Source: Candidatus Latescibacterota bacterium
Lineage (GTDB): Bacteria > Latescibacterota > UBA2968
DNA: 64,000 bases
Reading direction: 5' to 3'
Assembly (NCBI GenBank): GCA_965204375.1
Contig: OZ241986.1
Location: 2,272,001 to 2,336,000 of the forward strand
Shown: piece by piece, positions 11,227-21,110 of the stretch
How the letters are laid out: each line of letters starts with the position of its first letter
Numbering within the stretch: the first letter of the stretch is position 1
Position numbers and translations under genes: made by a program
The notes under the pieces: model-generated
Told to the model about the DNA's origin: nothing
What the model saw: the letters and a program-made list of their open reading frames with translations, nothing else
Databases searched by the model: none

Positions 11227-12771
11227 ATGAAACTATCCAACATCAACACCACCGACATCACCGACGCAATCCGCCTGGGCTGCCGAATGATGTCCAATAT
11301 CTTCAACGCGGACGACAACAACATCCCCTTCTTCAGTTCCGAAGTCAGCCCAAACCCGCAATTGCGGTTCAGCGGCGTCCACACCGAGTCCCACGTGCCC
11401 GGACGGCACCTCAACGCATTGCTCAACGCCGAAGACGCGGGCGGCATATCTGTGGATCCCAATGCAATTGAAAAACACGCCAACGCCGCCTTCTTCTCCT
11501 ACAGCGGACCAGTCGCGCTTCCCCTCAACCGCACAGAAATCGATGGGCCGGTCAACAGCTTCACAACCCACAATGTGCGCGAAGCCTTCCACGCCCTGTA
11601 CTCACTGGTCAAGTATAGAAATTCCGATCGCGCGCGCGAGATCGCCGAAAACAGCATCCGGGACATATTCGAGCTATTCAAACCTGATTCGGGTTGGGAC
11701 TTCAATCGCCTTGAAAATGAGCACGGCATAGAAGTGCGCGAAAACACCTTTATCACCGGAATCGCGCGATCAATCGGTCCCCTGGTCAAATACTACCGCG
11801 CCACGGGCTACGGACCTGCACTCGAACTCGCCGTAATCCTGAAGGAAAAAACGACCCGCGAATTCTTCCTCGAATCGGGCGCTTACAACCGCGAGAGCTT
11901 CGGACCGCATACCCATTCGACAACCTGCGTCATGTCTTCGCTCGCACAACTCGCAGACCTTCTCGATGACGCGCGATTGCTCAACCGGGTCAAAGCATTT
12001 TACGACAATGGATTGTGGGAAATTCGCGATGAAATTGGATGGGTAATCGAGAACAGTGGAGATGAGGCGAGTCCTGATCGCGGAGAGATCAACAACACGG
12101 GCGATATTGTCGAAACAGCCCTGATACTGGGCAGAAAGGGATATACCGAATACTTCGAAGACGCCGAGCGCATCACGCGATGTCACATATTGCCCTCGCA
12201 ATTGCGCGACAACAGCTTCATCGAAGACCCGCCCAATCCGCACAACATAGACGGGCTTCGCCAGGTCGCAGACCGGCATCTCGGCGGCTTTGGCTTCCCC
12301 GCACCTTATGGCCACGCGCCCCTCGGCTTCGAGCGAATCAGCTTCAACACGGACATCGTAGGCGGGGGCGTCGGCTCACTCTGCGAAGTCCTGCGCGAAG
12401 CCGTACGCACCGAATCCTCAATCCACCGGGTGAATCTCCACTTCGATCTCGAAACCGAACATATCAAAGTCGAGTCACCCTACACAAATGACTGCCTGAG
12501 AATCACGGTCAAATCCCCCGGTCCCCTGTATGTCCGCATCCCGACCTGGGTCGATCCGTCCGATATCGCCGAGCGCTCCACATACTCCAATGGGTACCTC
12601 TTAATCCCCGCCCCCCAGATCAACACCCCCATCGAAATACGCTTTCCCCTCACCGAACGCGAAATCGTATTGAAACACCGCACGCGAGACATCAAAGTGC
12701 GTCTGAAAGGAGATTCGGTACTCGCGATGGAAAATCACGGCGCCGATCTGACCTATTTTGATCCCATATAA
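11227..12771 (+). CDS. GH127/GH146-like (alpha/alpha)6 glycoside hydrolase-like protein
   Basis: GPHTHS, RGEINNTGD, EDAERITRCH, LYVRIPTWV motifs; AGGAGG RBS before ATG 11227. Confidence 0.6.
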   Translation: MKLSNINTTDITDAIRLGCRMMSNIFNADDNNIPFFSSEVSPNPQLRFSGVHTESHVPGRHLNALLNAEDAGGISVDPNAIEKHANAAFFSYSGPVALPLNRTEIDGPVNSFTTHNVREAFHALYSLVKYRNSDRAREIAENSIRDIFELFKPDSGWDFNRLENEHGIEVRENTFITGIARSIGPLVKYYRATGYGPALELAVILKEKTTREFFLESGAYNRESFGPHTHSTTCVMSSLAQLADLLDDARLLNRVKAFYDNGLWEIRDEIGWVIENSGDEASPDRGEINNTGDIVETALILGRKGYTEYFEDAERITRCHILPSQLRDNSFIEDPPNPHNIDGLRQVADRHLGGFGFPAPYGHAPLGFERISFNTDIVGGGVGSLCEVLREAVRTESSIHRVNLHFDLETEHIKVESPYTNDCLRITVKSPGPLYVRIPTWVDPSDIAERSTYSNGYLLIPAPQINTPIEIRFPLTEREIVLKHRTRDIKVRLKGDSVLAMENHGADLTYFDPI

Positions 12772-12813
12772 CGGTGGGCATGAAGTCACACAACGGTTAA
12801 TACCGCAGTCACT

Positions 12814-12836
12814 CCCATCTTCTTCAAATACCCTTC
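12814..12836 (-). repeat. 23-bp copy of the hsdM 3' end (direct repeat of 24143-24165)
   Basis: CCCATCTTCTTCAAATACCCTTC vs CCCATCTTCTTCAAATGCCCTTC, 22/23 identical; reads EGYLKKMG vs HsdM EGHLKKMG. Confidence 0.85.
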
Positions 12837-13662
12837 ATCCTGAACTCTGTAGTGAGCCTCGGCGCAGCGTCAACCGCAAGTAATCCTCTGTCGCCTCGAA
12901 CTCAGGATCAACGCCGTTTTGCGCCCGCATCAGTGGAATGATCTTATTCCGCACCCCCATGCCGCGCGCATCGGAATAGCTATAGTCTCGCAATGTCTCG
13001 GAGATGAGCAAATTGCGGGGGATGCGCTGACCGGCGACCATTTTTTCAATTGTCATGCCATTTTGCAACGCACCGGGGCTTGTAATTTCAATGCGATCTG
13101 CGTAACGGGCCACCTCGATTTGCTCGTACCGCGTCCAGTCCCGATGCGTAAGCGCGTTGACAATGCCTTCGCGAAGCGCGTCCAGTGGATAGTGCCAACG
13201 CCGTTCCCTTCGCATAGACTCATCTACCTGCCCCGCCTCCTCGGACACGAATGGCCGCATCGCATCGGCAAGACGTTCAATGAGACCCTTTTCCACAAGT
13301 TCACGCCCCCCCGACAGCACCCGCCAGAGATCGACAAGCGGTCCTTCAATCACCTGATCGTCAAGAGCTTTATAAGTCTTTTCTTCCCCATCGAAACACA
13401 TCCAGCGGATACCGGCATGGCGCAACAGGCGGCGCGGTCGATAGCCGAACAAAATCAATCCGGCGATCGTACAGACAGGCGGACCATCCTCCCGCTCGAC
13501 CATAAATCCCAACGCGCAAAGTCGCTCATTCCACGCATCATCGGTCTCCGGTACATCTCGATCTCCGACAATAGCTGTGAGATAATCCACCAGCCTTTCC
13601 CTGCTCAACTCGCGAAGGTCGCTGCCAGAAACGGGCAATAATTCCGTGAATTTTTTATACAT
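12835..13662 (-). pseudogene. HATPase_c_4 (RecG C-terminal-like) protein lacking its N-terminal Schlafen/AlbA_2 domain
   Basis: REGIVNALTHRDW, DRIEITSPG, RNLLI, GMGV motifs; starts abruptly at MYKKFTELLPVSG with no effector domain. Confidence 0.65.
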
Positions 13663-13675
13663 ACCCACGTTCCAT

Positions 13676-14398
13676 TCAATAACGCCAGTCTTCATGCGCG
13701 AGCGGCGCGCGGTTAAGCATGTCCCGATGCAAACGCCACTGAGGCATGAACGCATCCATCAAATCTCGAAACCGATCGCTGTGATTGCGCTCGAGTAAAT
13801 GCACCATCTCGTGTACAAGAATGTACTCCAGACACATAGCCGGTTTTTTTGCCAGTTCTAAATTTATCCAGATGCGCCTATCCTCCACATTGCAGGAGCC
13901 CCAGCGAGTCTTCATCTTTTTAATGCGAACCTCGGCGACCTTCACATCAATTTTGCATTCCCATTTGACGAGAAGTGGAGGCAATTGGTCGCGGAGTTGG
14001 CGGCGATACCAGCGATGAAGTATCGCTTCCCGGGCATCTCGATCATCCCCCGGACGAATGCGCAATCCCAGTGTGGTGTTGTTAAGCAGATGAACCGCCG
14101 GACGACCGTCGCGCTCAATCACCTTAAGCCGATAGCGCCTGCCCTTAAAGTAGTGGCTCTCCCCAGTCACAAACTCCCGCTGGGATTGGCGATCCTGCTG
14201 CTCAAATTCTGACCGTTTCCGCCGAATCCATCCTATACGCGAAATAACAGCCAACCGCACAGCTTCATCATCGAGGCGCAGTGGCGCAGCCACCCTTACC
14301 CGACCACCGGGAGGATACACACCCACATGGAGATTCTTGATATCCTTGCGGACGACCTCTACTGGTATCCCACCTATGTCGATGCGATGGCCTTCCAC
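13676..14398 (-). CDS. M48/YgjP (DUF45)-like metallopeptidase associated with type I R-M
   Basis: KMKTRWGSC, HEMVH (HExxH); 1 bp downstream of hsdR. Confidence 0.92.
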   Translation of the reverse strand: MEGHRIDIGGIPVEVVRKDIKNLHVGVYPPGGRVRVAAPLRLDDEAVRLAVISRIGWIRRKRSEFEQQDRQSQREFVTGESHYFKGRRYRLKVIERDGRPAVHLLNNTTLGLRIRPGDDRDAREAILHRWYRRQLRDQLPPLLVKWECKIDVKVAEVRIKKMKTRWGSCNVEDRRIWINLELAKKPAMCLEYILVHEMVHLLERNHSDRFRDLMDAFMPQWRLHRDMLNRAPLAHEDWRY

Positions 14399-14399
14399 C

Positions 14400-17300
14400 T
14401 CAGTAGTCCCGTTGATTTTTTACAATCGCAAATATCTGTTCCGCGAGATTTTCGTCGTCGAGTTCTGACTTGATTGCTCTGAGGACCTCGCGTTCCTTAA
14501 CTCTATTTCCCCGCCAGCCATCCTTCTTCACATTTCGTATAGCGGAATCTATGGCAAGAGCCTTCGCCGCTTTGATATCTACGAGTGGCTCGGCGTCGTA
14601 GGATAGCTTTGGTTCTCGCACCTGCAAATTATCGAAAAGTGCCCGCAATGCGGCGCTATCAATGCTGGAAGGATAGGAGGCCTGCGTCTGCTGATTGCTG
14701 ATCCTTTTCGTCAGCACGACGATCCGGGACAAGTAATCCTTGTAATCTATTGCCTCTTGCTTGCGCTGGTAAATCAGAGCATCCAGCAACTCCGACATCT
14801 TCTCGTAGTACCTGGGATTGACCGCCATCTCGTCGATAATGAGCCGCCGCACATTGTTCTCAATCGCCTCGGCTACCGCTTCGGAATTCTTTCGGATGCC
14901 CTCGGGCAGCATCTCAATAGCTGCCTCACCGCGCTCGACAATCAGTTCCACAAGTGTCAAATCGTCAAATGTCGAAAGCTCCTCGCTCTCCTCTGCGCGG
15001 ATGTACGTATCGAGCAAATGCCGCATCGCTGGCTCGTACATCTTCAGATTGATGTAATCGCCGCTGGCCAGCTTGACCTCCTCGCGCACCTTTTCGTAGT
15101 GCCCCACTTCGGCCTTGATCTCCCGCACCTCGTCGTCGGAGTACCCGGCCTCGCGCATCTCATTCGCTATATTGGTATAAGCCCGCAGAAACGACGCGGT
15201 CATCTTGTAGAGGGCTATGCGCTTGGGTTCTTTATCATTGAGTTGTCCATCGTCGTCAGCAGCGCAGAAGAAGCGCAAATAATCCACAGTATCGCGCGGC
15301 GGTGCCACCGGCTCACACAGTGCCTTGACCGTCTCGCGCGTCTCCTCCAGCCGCTCCCGACCCTGCTTTAGCCGATCCTTCAATAAACCCCTCACGTCAT
15401 CGTCGTCATACCCCTCAAAAGCCTCGCCAGTATAATCCCTGATTGACCGCTCCAGCGACCGGAACAGATCCTTATAGTCAATGATATACCCGTATTCCTT
15501 GTCCTCACCGTCGAGGCGGTTGACGCGGCAGATCGCCTGAAACAGACCGTGATCCTGCATCTGCTTGTCAATATAGAGATAGGTAGCTGATGGTGCGTCA
15601 AAGCCAGTCAGCAATTTATCGACCACGATCAAGAGCTTCATCCGTCCCGGCTCATCGACAAAACGCTTCTTCACCTCCCGCTCGAACTGCCCAACCTTAT
15701 TCATCGCCGTGTCTTCCGGCTCATTAAAGTGATCTGCGAGCATCTTTCGATAGATATCGAACTGGCGCAACTTCTCGGTAAGCCCCTCGCCCGACTCTTC
15801 ACCTTTGATGTCTGCCGGAGCCGGCCTATAGGAAGTCACAATAGCGCATTTATCCGCCAAATCAGTCTGCTGGAACATCTCAAAAAAGCGGCAGGCCGAA
15901 TAAATACTACCTGAAACAAGCATCGCATTACCATACCCGCTCTGCAACCGATCGCGCGTTTCCATATCGAGCAGAATATCTGCGACGATCTTTTGCAGCC
16001 GATCCTGTGAACTCTGCACCTTCTGCATCGTGCCCCACCGTTTTTTGAGCTGCGCCTTCGCCGCGTTGGTCAGCCCCCTGGTTTTAAGCTCAAACCACTG
16101 ATCGATCCTATCCTGAGAGGTAATATTCTGGTCAATATCGCGCGCCTCGTAACGCAGATCCAACACCACATTGTCGCTCACAGCCTCGTCGTACTTATAG
16201 GTATGGATGTACGGCCCAAAGGTCTCGATACTCCGCCGCTTATCGGCTTTGAGCAACGGCGTCCCGGTAAAGCCAATCAGCATCGCGCTCGGCAACACAG
16301 TCTTCATTGCCTCGTGGAGTTTCCCAGACTGGGTGCGGTGGCACTCATCTACAAAAACGAATATCTCACCCTTTGCGCGGAAATCTTTGGGCAAGTGCCT
16401 GCGAATATCCTCGATAAACGCGTCGATATCGCCTTCCTCCGACGTGCCAAACTTTTGGATCAACGAGCAAATCAACCACTCGTTGCTGGCATTGAGCACG
16501 CGCACCAGATCAGCACCGCTACTCGTGCGGTAAATGTCTTCACTGACGCCCTTGAACACCTTTTCGATCTGTTCGTCCAGTTCCGTGCGGTCCGTGATAA
16601 TCAGCACCCGCGAGTCAGTAATATTTTCGCGAATCCACTTCGCCAGCCAGACCATGACCAGGCTCTTGCCACTGCCCTGAGTATGCCAGATAATGCCGCC
16701 CTCGCGTCGTTTCACCTGTTCTTGAGCCGCACGCACACCAAAATACTGATTGTGCCGACAGGTCTTCTTAATCCCTGCATCGAAAACTATGAAATTATGC
16801 ACAATATCGAGCAACCGCTCCTTGCTACAAAGTTGGCTCAGTTCCCGCAACAGCGGATTATCGCCAGCGTCCGGATGCGCCTCAGCCTCCTTCCAGCGCA
16901 ACCAGTACTTCTCCGGTGTCTCAATCACGCCATAGCGCAGACCCTCGGTTTCATTGCCCGCCATCACGAGTTGCACCGTAGTATAAAACGGACGAATAAA
17001 CGCCTTCTTCTGAGTATCGAGATTCTGGCGGATACCTTCAGTCACCGAGACCGTAGAACGCTTTAGCTCCAACACCCCCAACGCAATACCATTGACATAG
17101 AGCACGATATCCGGTCGCCTGGTGTTCTCCGCAGTAACCGTCACCTCCTCGGCGATGGCGAAGTCGTTGTTGCCCGGGTTCTTCCAGTCAATCAACCAGA
17201 CCGTATCCGTATGCTCACCCACATCCCGCTGCACCTTCACGCCATAACGCAGCAAACTATAGACCTCGCGGTTGACATCATAGAGCGTCTTACTACCCCC

Positions 17301-17516
17301 GATGGCAGCCGCTTTGCCCAACTCAAACAGCACCTTGGCGATGATCTTGCTATCGTGCCTTTGACGTTTGAGCCAATCGGTAACCAGTTCCTCTTCAATG
17401 TTACGGTTATTGACGCGGTCTTGCCAGTTACCGAGATAGGCATAACCCAGCGCATTCTTAAAAAACGCAATCACGCGCTTCTGCGTGAGAATCTCTCGTT
17501 GTCCGACCTTACTCAT
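14400..17516 (-). CDS. hsdR: Type I restriction endonuclease subunit R
   Basis: PDIVLYVNG..VLELK nuclease motif, HTQGSGKS, DECH, FTGTP, LLTGFDAP, QAICRVNR. Confidence 0.97.
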   Translation of the reverse strand: MSKVGQREILTQKRVIAFFKNALGYAYLGNWQDRVNNRNIEEELVTDWLKRQRHDSKIIAKVLFELGKAAAIGGSKTLYDVNREVYSLLRYGVKVQRDVGEHTDTVWLIDWKNPGNNDFAIAEEVTVTAENTRRPDIVLYVNGIALGVLELKRSTVSVTEGIRQNLDTQKKAFIRPFYTTVQLVMAGNETEGLRYGVIETPEKYWLRWKEAEAHPDAGDNPLLRELSQLCSKERLLDIVHNFIVFDAGIKKTCRHNQYFGVRAAQEQVKRREGGIIWHTQGSGKSLVMVWLAKWIRENITDSRVLIITDRTELDEQIEKVFKGVSEDIYRTSSGADLVRVLNASNEWLICSLIQKFGTSEEGDIDAFIEDIRRHLPKDFRAKGEIFVFVDECHRTQSGKLHEAMKTVLPSAMLIGFTGTPLLKADKRRSIETFGPYIHTYKYDEAVSDNVVLDLRYEARDIDQNITSQDRIDQWFELKTRGLTNAAKAQLKKRWGTMQKVQSSQDRLQKIVADILLDMETRDRLQSGYGNAMLVSGSIYSACRFFEMFQQTDLADKCAIVTSYRPAPADIKGEESGEGLTEKLRQFDIYRKMLADHFNEPEDTAMNKVGQFEREVKKRFVDEPGRMKLLIVVDKLLTGFDAPSATYLYIDKQMQDHGLFQAICRVNRLDGEDKEYGYIIDYKDLFRSLERSIRDYTGEAFEGYDDDDVRGLLKDRLKQGRERLEETRETVKALCEPVAPPRDTVDYLRFFCAADDDGQLNDKEPKRIALYKMTASFLRAYTNIANEMREAGYSDDEVREIKAEVGHYEKVREEVKLASGDYINLKMYEPAMRHLLDTYIRAEESEELSTFDDLTLVELIVERGEAAIEMLPEGIRKNSEAVAEAIENNVRRLIIDEMAVNPRYYEKMSELLDALIYQRKQEAIDYKDYLSRIVVLTKRISNQQTQASYPSSIDSAALRALFDNLQVREPKLSYDAEPLVDIKAAKALAIDSAIRNVKKDGWRGNRVKEREVLRAIKSELDDENLAEQIFAIVKNQRDY

Positions 17517-17987
17517 CCTTTGTCTCCACTACTTTCCAATGGCCTCCCCTGGCGGGCCCGATCCGTTCAAGGACACCCATTTTTTTTAGCTTACTGATCT
17601 GCCACTCGATTCCCTTTGCTGTGATTTCGAGTTGGTTCGCCAATTCCGCTGTGGTGATTGAGGGATTGGCGGCGATCAGGGTCAAAATTTTCTCCCTAGT
17701 TTTCCCCTAGTTTTCTCCCTGGTTTTCTCTTGTTCTTGGGTAGTTTCTTGGGTAGTTTCTTGGGTAGTTTCTTGGGTAGTTTCTTGGGTAGTTTCTTGGG
17801 TAGTTTCTTGGGTAGTTTCTTGGGTAGTGGCACTGCCGACAGGGGAATCGGGCACTTGATACGCAGCGGAGAATGGAAACCTCAACCACAGACCGTCGTC
17901 GCCCTGAGCATTGGCGAATCCGCAGACCCATTTCAGGTATTCGTCTCGCCACGACTCTTTCCATTCAATGTTCTGGCTCTCGCTCAT
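17509..17987 (-). pseudogene. Internally deleted, frameshifted AlbA_2/HATPase/wHTH gene
   Basis: First 29 aa MSESQNIEWKESWRDEYLKWVCGFANAQG (AlbA_2 start) join directly to a C-terminal segment and (TTQE)8; after a 1-bp loss in a GAGAAAACTAGG unit the wHTH continues in another frame (TREKILTLIAANPSITTAELANQLEITAKGIEWQISKLKKMGVLERIGPARGGHWKVVETKDE*, stop at 17509). Confidence 0.8.
17733..17828. repeat. 12-bp tandem repeat TTCTTGGGTAGT x8 (encodes TTQE)
   Basis: Direct reading of the sequence. Confidence 0.97.
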
Positions 17988-19522
17988 GCCTCTGTATCCC
18001 TTGTCTTCAGACCTGAAAGAGCAGCCCGTCCCTTGTCCGTTAACCGGTACTTCTGCAATGGGCTACGCGGTTTGTCAGGGACAGTCCTTTCCAGTAATCC
18101 CTCATTCAGGAGTCGGTCAAGCCATCTTCTGAAGTTGGTCGTTCGGCTCGAATAACCTGCAGCAGTCAACAATGCTTCACTCGAAACTGCACCTCGGGCG
18201 CACGCCTGCAGCATAGCAGCCTCTTTGAGTGACAATGCTGCTTGGACCCCTGCTTGGACCCCTGCTTGGACCCCTGCTTGGACCCCTGCTTGGACCCCTG
18301 CTTGCCCCGCAAGTGCCGCCCGCCAAACCGTCGTTACAAACCCCTGGGGGACAGCGAACTCCGGTTCTGGCAAGCCCGCCTTCACACAGCGACGGATCAT
18401 ATCCAGCGTTCCGGTTCCCATCCTTTCAATATATTCGGCAAGGTACATAGATTCCGCCAGCAGAGGATTGCCGGGTACCGACGTGTGCGCGACCCGCAAC
18501 TTCTCTAATGTCAGTGGCGGCGGTAGCCTGCCAGGATTCCAGACCTCCAACCGGTCCGCGAAGAGCATGACCTGCACACTACCATTGTCCGTATAGTCGC
18601 GGTGCGCCACCGCGTTGACAATAGCTTCTGTCACAACTTCTTCCGGAATTTCATAAGTACGGGGAGCGCGGGCACTCTCCGCCCGTGTGCCTATTGACCG
18701 ATTGATCTTACTCAACACGAAATCTACCGCCTGATCAACAAGATCGAACACCGTACCCTTATAGACCTGGTAGGACGGAATTGGTTTGGCGACCTCTGTC
18801 CCGTGAAAGTGAGCACATCTAACTTCGGAAGAAATGAGATGCCGCTGAGGTGCCTTCCCGAACAGCAACACCGCTGCATTCGTCAACCGCCCGTCGTTCA
18901 ACAGTTTTAGATGCTCCAGCAACTCCTCGGGAGACGAGTCCTCTGGCAGAGGGAACTGCCTGACTCTGCGTGCAGTGCGGATGAATCGAATAATTCGCTC
19001 GAAATCGAGATCGTCCAGCACCGCCTTTTCGCATGGTGCCGCATCAAATGGCCCCCAGCGGATCAGTTCTTTGACTTCCAAATACTCTACCAACGCCGCA
19101 TACAGCCCGGTTACCAGTTCTGCCTGAGTATTGAATCGTTTCCGAATTAGCCCCGCCTGCGCCTTACCGATCAACGCCTCCATCTTCGGATGCCGGACGT
19201 GGTTCTCTGTTCCTTTCACGAAGATCAGCCGATGCACACCCAGAGTAGTCGCGCGGTCAAACTCACGTTCCGTGGGCGACAGCCCTTCCGCGTCCTCTGT
19301 CCCGTAGTCACCACCAAATAATCCCACATAGAGATCGCACCGTTCAACTTCATCCAAATAGAGCGCATCGGGGCGCCGATCTGACGCTGGCACATCCTCA
19401 AACAGAAACACCTCGAAGAACCGCCGCATCAGCGGATCTCCGCGCAGATAATCGCGCAACGCCGCTCGCTCTTGTGCGAACTCCGTTTGTACGCTGCTGA
19501 TAAAAATGCGAAGTGGAGTCAT
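17984..19522 (-). CDS. DUF4062 + HATPase_c_4 + C-terminal wHTH protein
   Basis: LRIFISSVQTEFAQER...LYVGLFGGDYG...SPTEREF (DUF4062); EAIVNAVAHRDY, DRLEVWNPG, ERMGTG; PDKPRSPLQKYRLT. Confidence 0.88.
   Translation of the reverse strand: MTPLRIFISSVQTEFAQERAALRDYLRGDPLMRRFFEVFLFEDVPASDRRPDALYLDEVERCDLYVGLFGGDYGTEDAEGLSPTEREFDRATTLGVHRLIFVKGTENHVRHPKMEALIGKAQAGLIRKRFNTQAELVTGLYAALVEYLEVKELIRWGPFDAAPCEKAVLDDLDFERIIRFIRTARRVRQFPLPEDSSPEELLEHLKLLNDGRLTNAAVLLFGKAPQRHLISSEVRCAHFHGTEVAKPIPSYQVYKGTVFDLVDQAVDFVLSKINRSIGTRAESARAPRTYEIPEEVVTEAIVNAVAHRDYTDNGSVQVMLFADRLEVWNPGRLPPPLTLEKLRVAHTSVPGNPLLAESMYLAEYIERMGTGTLDMIRRCVKAGLPEPEFAVPQGFVTTVWRAALAGQAGVQAGVQAGVQAGVQAGVQAALSLKEAAMLQACARGAVSSEALLTAAGYSSRTTNFRRWLDRLLNEGLLERTVPDKPRSPLQKYRLTDKGRAALSGLKTRDTEA
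18239..18304. repeat. 12-bp tandem repeat TGCTTGGACCCC x5 plus partial (encodes QAGV)
   Basis: Direct reading of the sequence. Confidence 0.95.
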
Positions 19523-19555
19523 GTTAAAACCTGTTCACTGACAAGACTGTCGTGA

Positions 19556-21094
19556 TTAAAAGGGTAGGTCAATTGGTTCATTCTGAATGGACGATTCTGT
19601 CTTCGCGGGGTTTAAGAAAGTCGAAAGTTCCTTCAACTTATTCAAAAGTTCGTCGAATGTAACGATTTCGACATCCTTAGAATTTCGGCGATAGAGCTCA
19701 AATGATTTGTGCTGATCTTTGTCAGATGGCATTTTACCGATGATTAGACAGCAATGAACCGAATATGTTTCGATGCCATATATTCCACTATTTTCTTTAA
19801 TTAGTGCAATTTCGCGCTCCAATATATCCTTCTGATCAAGCACCTGATTGATTGATCCCGAAAGCTCGGATGACGGCGTGTAAACACCAGAGCGAAAGGG
19901 CTTCTTATTGAAGAGTTGCGTCTGAGGCTTCTTAATTTCAATGATCGCGGTATTGTTGGTCATGCTATTCTTCACTAAAAAATCGGTGATCTTTTCACCC
20001 GATCCTGAAATTTTCCGTCCACCAACCGAAGCCTGATCCTGGACTTTGATAATTGGATAACCGAAAGCCAAACTCAGGATGAATGGGTTTTCATTCAAAA
20101 ACTTTTGCCAATCGCCCTCGGGGAAATTTTTATTGATCATCTCCTCATAACGCACGATCAAGTTATCGAGCGTAGCGAGTTCAATATCGCTTTGCAGCTT
20201 CACGAGCTTTTCTGGCTGGGTCTCTGCAAAGGCTTTGACGTTCTTCCCCATGACGTCAAGCACTGCTACCTGTTCACCATCCGACAGTGGCTCTTCGCCC
20301 TGAGCCACGGACATAAGTAGTTTTCGCAACGGATGTCGTCCAACTGTTATGGGAATTTCTGGTTGTCCGATCTTTTCTGCAAAAAAATTATAGACTTCTC
20401 CCTCCTTGACGGACTCTGCAGCCTTTCGACTCAGATTGGTGATATTGTTTAGAGTCTTTCGAGCCATCTCAAAGTCATCAAACGAGATGTAGAAAATCTT
20501 TTTTTCTTGATTGATACCGGTTATCTGTTCTGAGATCACGATCTCGGTACAGTCGGAGAGTTCTTCTATCGCATTGACAATGAACCTATAGGGGTTCGCC
20601 AGTCCCAATCCGTAATCGTAGTCCTTAGTAAAGGCAGGTGGCAATCCCTCCAGCACCTTCATAACATCTTCCTGTGTTGAAGGGACAACCTTAAGAGATT
20701 CTATATCTTCCGGGCCTTTCTCCATTGGCATAGTAGGCCCGAAGTAAGGAGACAGAAAGGCTCCATCCGAGTCTGAAGGCACCTCACTGTCGTCAGGAAA
20801 AAAGACCAAATTGGCATCTCCAAGTGTGATGCTTCTGATTTGCTTATATTTTGGTTGTAAGAAATCAGCTCGGTCACCGCGTGCTTTGATCGGGAAAATC
20901 GTTATACACTGATTCAGACCGTCAATCTTGAGCAGTTTGACGCGGTGCCTGGCTCTACTGTCTGGATTCATCCCAGACAATGCAAGGCTCTCCTGCGATG
21001 GCAGGTAAAAGACCTCAACGCAATCCGAAGAAAGCTCTTCCACTACCAGACTTCCATGGAGATATTCGTCAAAAGGCTGTGATATACGGGCCAT
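19556..21094 (-). CDS. sduA: Shedu (DUF4263) anti-phage nuclease with ~300-aa N-terminal domain
   Basis: EGDWQKFLNENPFIL, TDFL, IIEIKKPQT, SELSGSINQV, LIIG, IVTFDELL. Confidence 0.88.
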   Translation of the reverse strand: MARISQPFDEYLHGSLVVEELSSDCVEVFYLPSQESLALSGMNPDSRARHRVKLLKIDGLNQCITIFPIKARGDRADFLQPKYKQIRSITLGDANLVFFPDDSEVPSDSDGAFLSPYFGPTMPMEKGPEDIESLKVVPSTQEDVMKVLEGLPPAFTKDYDYGLGLANPYRFIVNAIEELSDCTEIVISEQITGINQEKKIFYISFDDFEMARKTLNNITNLSRKAAESVKEGEVYNFFAEKIGQPEIPITVGRHPLRKLLMSVAQGEEPLSDGEQVAVLDVMGKNVKAFAETQPEKLVKLQSDIELATLDNLIVRYEEMINKNFPEGDWQKFLNENPFILSLAFGYPIIKVQDQASVGGRKISGSGEKITDFLVKNSMTNNTAIIEIKKPQTQLFNKKPFRSGVYTPSSELSGSINQVLDQKDILEREIALIKENSGIYGIETYSVHCCLIIGKMPSDKDQHKSFELYRRNSKDVEIVTFDELLNKLKELSTFLNPAKTESSIQNEPIDLPF

Positions 21095-21110
21095 AGATGA
21101 TCATCTCTCG

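Noticed and set aside
17733-17828. Possible CRISPR array
   Set aside because: Contiguous 12-bp units with no spacers; coding VNTR; no cas genes
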